DNA of 58,643 bases, counting the filler, from Sphacelaria rigidula (lineage: Eukaryota): NCBI GenBank assembly GCA_964200075.2. It is 6 parts of 6 records of this genome, joined end to end, with 100 filler letters (N's around TTAATTAATTAA, not from the genome) between each part and the next. Parts side by side here need not be neighbours in the genome. Positions count along the whole stretch, not along the records: positions 29,374 to 39,064 come from CAXNAA020007958.1; positions 39,165 to 48,855 come from CAXNAA020007959.1; 4 more parts are not named here. One strand, given 5' to 3'. Below are positions 35,629 to 48,009 of this stretch, piece by piece. The translations under genes were made by a program, and so were the position numbers. The notes beneath the pieces are model-generated. The model was not told where the DNA came from and searched no databases. It saw only the letters and a list, made by a program, of their open reading frames with translations. Each line of letters begins with the position of its first letter. Position 1 is the stretch's first letter.

Positions 35629-35816
35629 GGGCGTGTCTTATCACATTTTTTGCGATCGAAAATGTGCGGTGGAGAAGGAAAACTCCAATCTGATAGGCCG
35701 TGATTTAAAAAATCGTAGTTTATTTTACAGAGGGTTGAAATCACAACCTATCAGATCGGAATATTCGTTTTCCACCGCACTTTTTCGATCGAAAAATGAC
35801 ATGCTAAGACACGGCC
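35629..35816. mobile_element. PIF/Harbinger (Tourist-like) MITE
   Basis: The TIR is GGGCGTGTCTTA / TAAGACACGGCC, extending to long palindromic arms, with a TAA target duplication on both sides. Confidence 0.85.
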
Positions 35817-35873
35817 TAAATCGGCACTATGCTCAGTTTGGAAACACCTCGCTGCAAGGTGACCAGTCAGCGC

Positions 35874-35904
<31 letters not shown>

Positions 35905-36160
35905 TCTGCTTTTTTATGCTGTTTTGTTGTTTTTTTGTACAGTCGAGTCTTGACGTCTGTCCCACCACTCCGTTCCCTTCACTTTCATTCCGCGAGTGTT
36001 TCGGGGTTTTTTCATCCCGGGTACGTCTGTCATGCGACCACGGCTGGATCCCTGGGCTAACCAGTTTTAATGTGGAACAATCAATCACCCAATCATATCT
36101 CTCCGGCGTTTTTTTTTTTTTTTTGCAATGACGACGGTGCCGCTATTCTGGTGATGACAG

Positions 36161-38869
36161 GAGGGGGCAGCTGTCGGCGATCGTCCGGGTCCGGAGCTCC
36201 ACACCAGTCGATGGCCAACAATGCTCGCAGGTGACGAATAATGTGTGATTTCCATGTCATGATGTGTAACGGAAGAGAAACAAAAAGCAGGGCCACAGAC
36301 AGTTTTTCCTTTTTTCTTTTCTATCGCGTCTGTGTGAATTGTTTCCGGGTCCGATTTTATTTTATGATTTTCTTTTTACCCTAGCTTGGGGTAGTTAGCC
36401 TGTGACCACAGAAAGCGTCCGCATCAGATGTCCAGCACAGAGTACTCGCTGCGCAGATATCGGAACGATTTTCAATGTGAAGACAACAACGACAACAACA
36501 ACAGCAGAGAGTACGCGTATTCGTGCAAACCTGGGAAGTTGTCTTGGACTGCCAACCAGTCGAGGGTGAGGGTCTATGCTGCAGGTGCGTTCACTTGCGC
36601 CTTAAAAAATGCCGAGGCGTGGGTGTTCCGCTTTGAGATTGACGGACTGGATGTCAATACAACGTATTTATCGTTCGAAGGTTCATCGTTGCTGCGCCCC
36701 GGCGGGATAATTGAAATGGTCCAACTGACACCATCAGGGTGGGCAAAGCCCGGATTCGATTCCAACGAGATGCCCGACAAGAGCACAAATAACAGCCGTT
36801 ACCCTGTGCGTCTCGTTTATTCACCTCGGCGTGTGCTCTAGCAGGAGATTATCCCCGTGAGTCCGCAGGGCCCACGGAGAGTGCGAGTGACGTTGGAGGA
36901 AAGCCATCCTACTCAGGCGAGATCGGCAACGTTCGAGGTCACCCGAGCCCTTCCTCTTGATGCCACCCGCAGGGAAATATACTCAGGTTCGTTTTTTTTC
37001 TCTTCTTTTCACCCTAAGTTTGTTCGTTTTTTTACGGTATAAAGGATATTTTGCACCCGTGTGTAGTGTCACGTGGATGGATTGTTGCCGCGGCAGGCTC
37101 AACGCCGATACATCAAGTCGGAAGGTATTGAGTTTGCCGGAAGTGCTGTGCTGTGCTATGCTGTGTGTGTGTGTGTGCGCGCGCGCGCGCGTATGTGTAT
37201 CATGTGCAACCCCGGGGCCACTGGAACGTAAGCAAACTTGCCGTCTCAGGAGAAATGTTCTCACATTCGACAGATGGCCTGCGACTGACGTCTGCTCTCT
37301 GGATAGCCGAACTACTGCAAGTTGGCGCCTCCCATCTAATTGACATTCTTGTCGGTTTGTAAAAAACCTCGATACAAAACAATATTTTCAGGCGTGGGGG
37401 CCCCAGTAGTCGACTGGCTGTGGGACGGGTTCAACGCCTTGGTGCTGTCGTACGGGCAAGCTGATGCCGGCAAAACCTCCCTCCTCCTGGGCCGCGACCC
37501 CTCGCCATCCTGCAGTAGTGCTTCGGCTGCTGAAAAACGGCCGGCACCCGCAGTGCCGACAGTCACAGGCGGAGAGACTGCTGACTACGACAATGACGAG
37601 CCAAGCAACCATCGTCCGTTGGAACAACCGTCGGGCCATTCTCTGCGCCACTCTGCGGAAGTGTCTCCGGACTTTTCAGCGGGGCAGCATTCAGGAGCCT
37701 TCTCTGAACGAAGACCAGGGGGCTTGCTGGAAGACATTCTGCAGTCGCTGTTTGACCGAGTGCTCGCGGCACGGAGAGGAGTCGTCGGTGGCGCCGGGCC
37801 TGATGTTGTGTCTGGCGGTGCGGCCGCAGTGCCGGCCGGGGGCGCCGGGGATACATTTGCTACAGCCGAAGAGCGTTCACCCGCATCGAGGGGGGGGTCT
37901 GAAAATGGCTACACACAGCCGACGTGGTCTTCCACGCGAGAATCCGGAAACACTTCTATGAGTGAAGTGCTAAATGGTTCAACAACAAACGAGGCGCGCC
38001 GCGATATTCTTGGCGCTCAAGGTCGAAGTGTGCTGACCACCGACAATGGCAAGCAGTACACGATAGCGTTCAGCGCGTGGGATGTGTTCGGTAAGACGGT
38101 GCGTGATTTGTTGTCCCCTGTTGCGGCGGCAACCGGCGCAGCAGCAACGAACGGTGGTACCAGCGCTTGTAGCAGTCAGCAACAGCACAAAAGGCAGGAG
38201 AGCGGGGGCGGCGGCAATCGCCGCCCTGGCGACCAATTTACGTCGCTACCGCTCCATGTTTCGGAAAACCGCGAGACCATTTGCAACGCAAGAGATGGAC
38301 GCGGCGCGGAAACAAACCCTGTCATCAGTAGTAGGAGTAGTAGTAGCAGCGGTAGCACGAGCAGTTGCAACGATAAATCCAGAAAAAACATCAGTAGCGG
38401 CGGCGCCGGGGGTGGAAGAGGAGTTGGAAGCACTCCCAGGAGGAGAAGACGAAGGGGGCGCTCCGGCAGTGTAGACAACGCCGCCACAAATAGTATCGCT
38501 TCGAGTTCGCGTCAGCAAGTTGCGGGGGAGAATAATGTGGGGCCATCCTCCGGGACGGGGGTATGGAGTGGGCCACCGGGTTATCCGGAAGGGTTCGAAA
38601 CCGTCCAAGTCTCCGATTTACCCACGGCGTTAGCCTTGCTCAACAAGGCCAGGCAGCGCAGCAAAGAGCAGCGAACGGGGAACGGCGGACGAGGTGGGGG
38701 CGGAACAGGCAAGGAAGGGGGAGGCCGGCGGAGAAGCGGCGGAGGTGGGGGGGCAGCAGGGGAAATGGTTTGTCCTGCTGGGCATATATTTTTTCGGGTG
38801 GTGCTCTACAGCGCGGAGGAGGAGACTGTTAGCACATTGCATGTTGTGGACTTAGCTGGGGGATGGAAG
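36161..38869 (+). CDS. Partial spliced gene for a divergent kinesin motor domain. Exons 36161-36230, 36842 (or 36845)-36986, 37392-38869
   Basis: Kinesin motifs occur in canonical order across phase-compatible introns: AIVRVRS; FEVTRALPLDATRREIY; WDGFNALVLSYGQADAGKT (P-loop); GLLEDILQSLF; FSAWDVFGKTVRDLL; GFETVQVSDLPTALALL; GHIFFRV; LHVVDLAG. Confidence 0.85.
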
Positions 38870-41467
38870 GTAAGATCGTTGTGCTTGCGAGTAATGTTGC
38901 GGAGTTAATGATGTGGGACAAAGTCGTTGATACCCCCCCCCCCCCCTCCCGCCTCCGAGACATCCATGAGGCAGTTTATAAGCTGTGGCTGTCATCCAAA
39001 TGCAAGATAATCCGTAGGCTTCGGGCCGCGCAATCTTGGCAGGGTGCAGCTCACCCTTCATACGNNNNNNNNNNNNNNNNNNNNNNNNNNNNNNNNNNNN
39101 NNNNNNNNTTAATTAATTAANNNNNNNNNNNNNNNNNNNNNNNNNNNNNNNNNNNNNNNNNNNNGCCGGGACGGAGCACCCCGGGTTCTCGCCGGATCAG
39201 GCTGATGGGGGGGGGGGGCAACATATGGTCATTTCGTGAACGTAATGACCAGGACCTACGTAGCCCGGAACGATGCCCAACTATATCCGGTATTGTTTAA
39301 ACGCCAGCTCTTCTGTCGAACGGGTGACTACCCGGTGGGAAAGCCGTCTCATCCCTGACATTGCGTCAAACGTCCGACTCTTCCGTCAACATGGCCCTAC
39401 GACATGGTGAGAAACAAGGGAAAATGAGTACAGAAGAGAGAGAAGACGGCCATGATTTGAGAGTTGGACGAGAAGGGCGCCATGAAACGGCTCTTTTCTC
39501 CTAGGCTTCGTGTCTTCATCTAGAGACTTTTGCGTCTTCATCTAGACGCCACGGGAAAAGTATAACAGTGCAAAACGCAGTGTACAGCTTTGTAACGAGA
39601 GGACACACACCGCGAGATCCAAAGCATCAACACGTACTTCGACCAGACTGTACACGGTGGCGTCGCAAGCAAGCTAGCTGAGGCATTTTACCAACATCCG
39701 GACATCACCGTCGCCAAGAGTCTTTAAAGGTTGAGAAACCAATATCTTCATTGCTATCCCGAAACGTTTTGCAGTGCGATATGGTATTCCCCCCTCCCCC
39801 GTCAATGGTCAAATGATTAAGGCAAGCAATAAATGAGTACCGCGCCCCCCCCCCCCACCCCGTCCTTCTGCACCCCGTCCCGATCCCTCCCCATCGTTGA
39901 ACGAATCAGGTGGGGAGGGCGCGATTTCCAGCGGTGATGGGAGAGGAGAAATCTTGCACATGGCAAGAGCACCTATCGGATGGGGAAAGGGAATTGGGGA
40001 TGTAGCACTCGTCACTGACGGTGAAAAAGCAAAATGATGAGTTCTCATCAGTCTGTCTGTGTATGCAATGCCACAGGAGAAACAATACCGTTAGCTTTGA
40101 TGCCTACGAATTGAGAAGCACCTGTCGACGTGCAACTATCGTCTATGCGGTTCTTACAGCGCTCAATACGACATCCTCCTCATCATGATGATTACTCTGC
40201 TTGTCCTCCTGAGGTGCCATATCATTGGAGCCATTCTGCGGTTCATGCTCATGGCTTCGCGCTCTCGTCCTTGATTTTCACACAAAAACAACGAATGTGT
40301 GCGGTGAATGTTGAGGGTTCAACTCATTTTCGTCGGGTTCAACGAACGAATTGAGAGGGAGCGAGCGCCAGCAAGCAGTCTCCACGAGCAGTTGTTTGTT
40401 CCTGGACGTCCTGTTGAGATTCGAGGTTTCGATGGTGCGAACTCATTTGCAGGAAGCAGAATCGCACCCCGTTCTTCATCCCCCCACCGGAGGTACAGGC
40501 AAGCAACAAATGAGTACACCTCCCCGACCGGAGGTGCAGTAGTATCTCGCCAAGGCGTACCTCGGACCATTGATGTTGAGGTGATAGCCTATCAGATTTG
40601 TTCATTTACCCACCGTATGTTTCCTTAGACACGACGAGAAATGAAAATCACTTTTGAAAATTGATTGCCCCCAACAACGACCAGTTTTGAGTTTGATCGA
40701 CAGGCATTTTTGTCCAGCATAGGATTGCACACTAACTATCAAAGAAGGGGTTAACACGATGCTTTCCCGACGCCAAAGTGGCACGTCTTCCCCGTATTGT
40801 TGTGTGGAATATGCTTCCTGTTCTACGCAACACCAAACCAAAGCGAGCTGTGGTTTTGCGACAGTCGGCCGGTAATTTCAGGCTTCCCAAAGCAGCTCGC
40901 GGGCGAAATGCTTGCACTATCGCCGTAGTATTGCGTGATGTTTTCGCATCGAGTGCAGCACTTGATATGGCGACACCACCACCTGTAGCTGATCTTTGGT
41001 ATACTATGTCAAGCGCCTCGTGACGACCACAGCATGCCATATCGTCTACAACGAGGGTGTCGTGGTTATGTGCACCTCATATCCCCCCATCTAGGCATCC
41101 CCACCTGTGTGACCTCCATATGCGTCAGAGCGAACTGCGCCTTTCATTCAAGCGCGAATGTTCCTAACCATGCTCCATTCTGTCTGCTGGAAAGGTAACA
41201 CGTGGAAAGGGCTGTCGAGGACAAAAAAACAGAAAGCACGACTATGGTGACATTTCCTCACGTGGGTCATTCAAGTGAAAACAAAGTCATCAGCAATACT
41301 CGACCAACCGCCCCAGTGTAGCTACTGTCCACCTCTTCGGCACGAAATGCCCTTCTCCACATAAACACACCATAGAACACAGACTCATCTCCAATGGTGG
41401 GAGCGCATGGGCATCCGCTGAATTTCTTAGACAAGAATCAGCAAAAACGTCGCTTTACACTGAACAG

Positions 41468-44400
41468 GGAAAGCGCACGTGGAAACGGCCACCGAGGACG
41501 CAACAAGAAGTGCGGCGACGTCAACCAGCATCACCGAGCACGGGGCGGGTAGAGTCGAAGTTGTCGTGATGTGCCGAGGAGGAAGGATAACATTGTTCCG
41601 AGTCGGGACCACAGAACTCGAGGTAACCCGAGCACTGGCGCTGTATTGTATACCTATCGGAACGGCCGTCGTTTTGAAGCGGTTCCCGGGCGTCGTTGGA
41701 ATATTTTCTCGACATGGTTTGTCGGCACGCGATGGTCTCATAGAACACACACAGTGCGCGTAGGAGTATGGTATCAAGATTCTTTCTCCAAACTGGAACT
41801 GAACCACGACCAGCGAAGTATGGAGAGGAGCGATCTTCTGCATAACATTGCTGACATTTCGCACGGTTCCGGGCGACAGCGGGTCGGGTATTTCCTATGA
41901 ACTGTGCAGCAGCGTTAGTCTTACGCATCCATTGTTCTTCTACTCTAGGAATTCACCAATCGACCGCATTGCCAACGGTGCGAAATACATCGAGCAGAAC
42001 GGGAATAAGACAAACGTACCACACATCTTGCACTTGGATGTTTCGGTAGCACCCAAAACAGCTGTCCGTCTCTCTTGACTCTCAGCCCACTCTTGGATCA
42101 CGCCGCATTGTGCACGAGAAGTGCGGGACTGTCCTCACCGGACATAGGCGTTGGGGCGTTTACCGTGAAGGATCGGTATGAGGTGACTTTAAACCCTCTT
42201 TTTGTTTCGGTATTCGTACTTCCCACTTTTCTGCTTCCGAACACATGGGGGAATGTGCATAGCGCGTTTGCCACCTCGACCTCCCCCCGTCGCGGCAAAA
42301 TGGCGGTAGCGACGGCAGCAACGTCGAGGCCACCTGCTTCGCCCTCTTTCCCACCGATGTGGCATCAAGCAACCAGAGCAGCACCAACGCCGACACCGGC
42401 GCAGTGTGTAACGCCTACGATGACAGCAATGGTGATACGCATGCAAGTTCTGTGTACCGGGGCCCGGCAGGAACGGAGGCGTCGAACACGATAGCGGGGA
42501 GAAACACTAGGATAGTGATAGGATACGCTGATGGCTCCCTTGCAGCATTGTCGATACCACTACCATCTTCATCGCAATCGCACAGTAGCCTGAACCAGCC
42601 GAGGTCGGAGTTTGGGCTAGAGCTACCGGGGGGCGACGGTAGGCAACATAACGGAGCAACAACAGTTCGGCGGCTCAGGCGAGGTTTTGAACGATAGCGG
42701 GAGGGGGACGAAATGTTGTCGTGCCTCGTTAGCATTTTCTGGGAACTTAGCGCCCTGGAATCACTTCGTATCATCGCCTTCATGGTTCGAAACGCCGGGG
42801 GTTTCAAACAGCATAGCGCTCCGCGTGCTGTGCAACCGCTTCGGGGCGCAGTGGGGCTAATAGAGTGGGATACAACGATATGTTATAATGAAAAAGGGAC
42901 GTTTCAAAGCAACATCCCCGCCACCCTCTTTATCGCTGAACGGTTCAGGCGGATTGGGTCCTCGGGTACGCGGGGAGTGGGCGGGGATCGTGAGGAGCCA
43001 GGAATAACGGTGTTGTGCCCCCTATCTCCGCCGCTGGGGTTGCTTGTCGTTGCTGGTGATTCGGATGGTCGATTGGGTCTTTGGACAACGTCGATTTCTT
43101 CCTCGGTTGAGGGGTAAGTGGGTGTACTCATGATCATGCATGCCATAGTCATGAGGGGTAAGTGGGGAGTGCACAATGTAGGGTGGGTACAACGCATCAT
43201 GAGATGTTCTAATGCATGTTGTGAGTCATCCTACGATAGGGGGGGGGGGGTATTCGATTGCACGAAAAAAAAGGCTGATTAGTGTGTCAGATGGCCTGCA
43301 ACATTCGCGATGCGGTTGTATTTGGTTCAAAACGGTGTCAATCGGTATGAATGAGCGTCATATATCTATAACAAGCTCGTTCGGACAACCGTTGCTGATT
43401 TCAGCGACGATTTGTCTTGGAATTTCGTGCAAGAAGTGGCCCAACCCCCCCCCCCCCCTATCGTAGGGTGACTCTTGTCTCGATTCCATTGGATTACATG
43501 AGTTTTGTGGCTGGAGTGTAGACATAATATCATGGGCAACAAAAAAAGGCTGTACTTGATGGGACCAGTGGAGTTGAAATTTCATGACATCCTGCAAAGA
43601 GCGTGTTTCTACGCTAAATATGCCTTGATGTCGCCCGGGCTGCATTTGAGTTCCGGATCCTGTCCTACAGCTTCAAATGAGCGATGGAAATGTTTAACAA
43701 AATGCAGTTGTCGCATCTCCGTTTGTTTACATTTTGCGTCCTCCGCGGGCATTCGCTCCTCCGTGACATATCTCAAGCTGTTGAGTACTCGCATGTGAAC
43801 CGCGGCAGAACGTGGAAATTAAGATCTTCACTAGACAGCTTCCTGCCACCTCAGAACACAACATGTAGAGCAACCCCGATATACAGCCTCGTTCACTATC
43901 CTGAGAACAACGGGTTCCCGCACGTCGAAGTGACCGGCAGCACTCTTGCACAAACGCATGTTTCATCCCCACGCGAAACCTTATACCCTCGACCGCTTTG
44001 CAGACTCTGCACCTTTACACCTCACACACCGTGCTAGTAGTCTCCCTCTTCATATCAATGTACCCAACAACGTGTCTACACCCTGACACCACCTCGTACT
44101 CCTGGCTTCTCATCGAGATATTCGAGTCTTTTCTCGAGACGACTTCGCACCCAGATCCCAGCCCTCACCAACACGGCCCACTTACCCTTCCGCCACCCAT
44201 TCCAATCTATCACCCAGCCCCCTTATCTGGGAAGATCCGAAGGCCCATCGAGGACCGGTGGTTGCTCTTCACCGGGTGCGTGAAGCACCGGAGAAGGCTC
44301 CACATACACCAGCTGTCCACCCCCACGGTGCTCCACCACCTCCACCTCCACGTCGACCGCGCGAGTGGATCGTATCAGTCGGTCGCGGCGGCGAGGTGAG

Positions 44401-45674
44401 ATCTATTCGATGATCGGGGCGAACGTTGAGTGAGTTTTTTTGAGCGGGCTGTTCCAAGGGTAGAAGCTGTGCGCCCGGAGCTGATGCCTTCAATGTTTCA
44501 TGAAATGTAAACCCGGCGAATCGATGCTCTCGTGCATTCTGTATAATTTTGGGGTCCCATTGGAATGGGAACCCGAGCGAAGATGTTCTCCAAGTAGCAT
44601 CCCTGGAAATCCTGAAAATCCGAGTCGTTTCGGAGTTTGGGCGATTGATACGCGGCGACATAGCCGCATAGGTGGTGAATTTTTCGATGGCCGGCCGTGG
44701 TAGCAATTTCATGGCTGAGATTATGTACTTGAGGATGATACCGCGGTACTGTACCTCCTCCATGGTATGCGTCGAGCCAACGGTTCGACGGTAATTGCGT
44801 CTTGGGGGGATGGTGCTCTGGCATTTCCCTTTTAGCTTCACGAATGTAGTTCAACAACGTGATGTGCGACTTGCCATGGAATTCATACACACACAGATGA
44901 TGCTCTCCTCGTCACCTCTTGTGTACAGGTAGATTTGCTAGACGAAGCGTTTTCGGAAAACTGTCGTGTTTAGTACTAGGCCGTGAAATAGTGACAGTGG
45001 GTAGTGACACCGAGCTGCCGTGTTTTTGATAGGAGAAGAAGAAAGACTCTTCCGTAACCCGGATATTGACTCAGACTAGGTAGACCCCGGCCACGGCCTA
45101 GATGCCCGACCCGCCTGCAATGTCCCACAAAACGCAGCATTGGATGTCAACAGCTGGGGCACATTGGCAACCGGCACTACGAAGTCACGTTGTCTAAAAG
45201 ATTGCAAGATCTCTCTACTGCCGGAATAGAACGCGGTGTATATGCAGTATCGAGATAGGGGAAACCGTTGAGACATAGTTTATCCGATTATCAATGATAA
45301 GGTGACCCGATCAGATCCTTAAACCGACTCAGGTTCGCGTATGGCAAGTCCCGCTCAAATGGCGTGGGACGGCGCTCGGGGGCGTGAGAGGATCCGGCGG
45401 GGCCATAGGAGGCGGCGGTCGGCAGCACATGGGACTGGAGTTCTGCGCCACCCTGTTGACTAATGTGTCGGTGTGCTCATTTTCATGCACTTTACTTTGC
45501 TCTGGCTGTGAGGAATCGGGGCGGGGCCAGATCCCCGGGGGGCATTGTGAAGGTGGAGGGCTGGACCGGTTGTTCTGCGTTGCCGGCACGGACACGGGGT
45601 TCGTCCAGGCGTGGGAGCTCGGTCTTGATGGGGGCAAAGACGGGGTTGGCGGGCAGCCTCTGTGGGCGCAAAAG
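41468..45674 (+). CDS. Partial spliced gene for a WD40-repeat protein. Exons 41468-41622, 42263-42603, 42949-43113, 44218-44395, 45333-45674
   Basis: All four junctions are GT-AG and phase-compatible. WD-like motifs include IVIGYADGSL, VVAGDSDGRLGLW, AHRGPVVALH...WIVSVGRGGE|VRVW and VAGTDTGFVQAW. Confidence 0.8.
43223..43474. mobile_element. Sola-like MITE in a WD40-gene intron
   Basis: The TIR is GAGTCATCCTACGATA(G)n / (C)nTATCGTAGGGTGACTC, with a perfect 4-bp TSD TTGT. Confidence 0.75.
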
Positions 45675-46717
45675 GTGCTATAATAGTGAAGACGGGGGAT
45701 TTTGGTAATTGAAGAAAAATAATTAGGGAGTAGAATAAGATATCATAAAAGCAGACGGTTTATAAAACGACGCATTGCTTCTCACTGTAGCAAAGCAATG
45801 CCAGTACTATCGAATTCCGTTGTCAATATTCTGAACCCAAAATATTTGAGCACCTGCAAATGAGCACTATATATCGAGAATTCGGAACACCGCCACTGGC
45901 GTTTCGTGTTTGATGAAAGCACGGTAGCACATTCAGGTTTCAAAAGGAACGTGCGAACATTCGACTAGTGCTTTGGACGGCAAGATATATCATACCAGAC
46001 ATGGGTATCGTTTGGGCCGACCGGGTGGAAACGCGAACAGAGGCGTCGTGACATGATTCGTACGTTTGCATGTGAGACTAACTGACGCTTCGGATTCAAC
46101 CACCGTTAGTGCGTTTTTTAACCTGTACCTTTGAAACACCTACTTGGGCCTATCCATATCTCTTGTTGGTATTCCCCGGAGATGTCGTCTACGTTTCGGG
46201 TCGCTGTACACGTTTTGAATAGTGCAGTCAGGTTTATGGTACGATGTCCAGCGACGAAGCACGGAGCTGGTGAAGTACTCCCTCTGCCCGAACAGCGCGA
46301 CGTCAGAAACAGTCACTGCCATAGGCAGTTTTCCGATTTTTCTGAAACTTGAAGACTTCATTATCACCCCCTTTTGAACCAACGAATTCTCCAGATGCAC
46401 GGGGCTCCGGTAACATCTATGGACGTCTGTGAAATCTACCCATCGCGTACGCAGGGCAGCTTGGATGCAGCTAGATATGGAGGTACTTGGCATAACGACT
46501 AGATGTTCCAACATTCTGGGGGCGGTGTTGAGAAATGTATAATCCATGTACCTTTCGCAGACAGCAGAGTGATGCCATGGGAGATGTTGCACTTTTGGGA
46601 CCAGATGTTTCTCAGTAAGGGGCTCCTGAAGTTAGGAGCTACGACAGCATGTGGGTCGACCTTCCCGTTTCAAAATCCATTCGAAATATCCCTAGCCCAT
46701 TGAAATACACTGGGTAC

Positions 46718-48009
46718 TAGACAAAGTGGGTCGACCCACGCCCTTTTCAGCCAAAAAAGAGGTCTTGGCAAAACACGGGCACGAGCTCCCTTCGTGCTTC
46801 TCTAAAATCGATCGAAATTCAATCCTGACGCAAAGGTAAGTCGATCACAGCCTAGGCAGGGCACGGGAATCAGTACACTTCCACGAACTTTCGGGCGCGC
46901 CTACGGACCAAACAGTGCCGCCGGCATCAAGGGCTGCGCCGCCGTAGGCCTCCTCTAGTCTGAGAACGGGGTGGGACTACCCACCGCCATGTACTCTGTT
47001 TATCCCAGACCCGTTTTTGTTCGTAGTCAGACGTCCTTTAAGCCAACGTAGATCCTCTGGTGATCACTCTTGGCCCCTCAAAACTCACCCTCCACGCCAT
47101 CGCACGGCAGAACACCACAGTACCTAGAGCATCTCCGCCGCATCTTTTCGCGGCGTGAAGAGATCCCCCGCACACAAGCCAGATCTCATCGCGATGTCTA
47201 GCAAGTCGCTACCTCGCGAAACAACAGCAGTAAAGACCGACAATGACCTTTCACATTTAATGATCTGCAACGGTTGCAGTGACCCCGAGGAAACCCAACG
47301 GGTCGAGCCCTAGCAACGTTCCGAAACTGCTCCAGACTTTTTCTGGTGAACAAATGAAACTCTCCGTCCAGAGTAGTCACGCCTCCTATAGCGCTCTGTC
47401 GCCATATTTTTGGAGGGCTCGATCCGTTAGGTTCCGTTGGAGTCTCTGCTACTCTTGCAGAACATCAAAATGTGAAAGGTCATTGTCGGCCGTTGCTGCT
47501 GTTGTTCCGCGAGGTAGCGACTTGCTAGACATCGCGATGAGATCTGGCTTGTGTGCGGGGGATCTCTCCACGCCGCGAAAAGATGCGGCGGAGATGCTCT
47601 AGGTACTGTGGTGTTCTGCCGTGCGATGGCGTGGAGGGTGAGTTTTGAGGGGCCGAGAGTGGTCACTAAAGGGTGTACGTTGGCTTAAAGGACGTCTGAC
47701 TACGAACAAAAACAGGTCTGGGATAAACAGAGTACATGGCGGTGGGTAGTCCCACCCCGTTCTCAGACTAGAGGAGGCCTACGGCGGCGCAGCCCTTGAT
47801 GCCGGCGGCACTGTTTGGTCCGTAGGCGCGCCCGAAAGTTCGTGGAAGTGTACTGATTCCCGTGCCCTGCCTAGGCTGTGATCGACTTACCTTTGCGTCA
47901 GGATTGGATTTCTATTGATTTTAGAAGAGCACGAAGGGAGCCCGTGCCCGTGTTTTGCCAAGACCCCATTTATGGACGAAAACGGCATGGTTCGACCCAC
48001 TTTTGTCTA
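46718..48009. mobile_element. 1.3-kb foldback element, ~550-bp inverted arms with a ~185-bp spacer
   Basis: The ends are TAGACAAAGTGGGTCGA ... TCGACCCACTTTTGTCTA. The arms (~46718-47270, ~47456-48009) are near-identical over most of their length. Confidence 0.9.

Noticed and set aside
40308..40628. Additional upstream WD40-gene exon
   Set aside because: The splice phase is ambiguous, and the frame contains a repeat-family motif (AGGCAAGCAACAAATGAGTAC).
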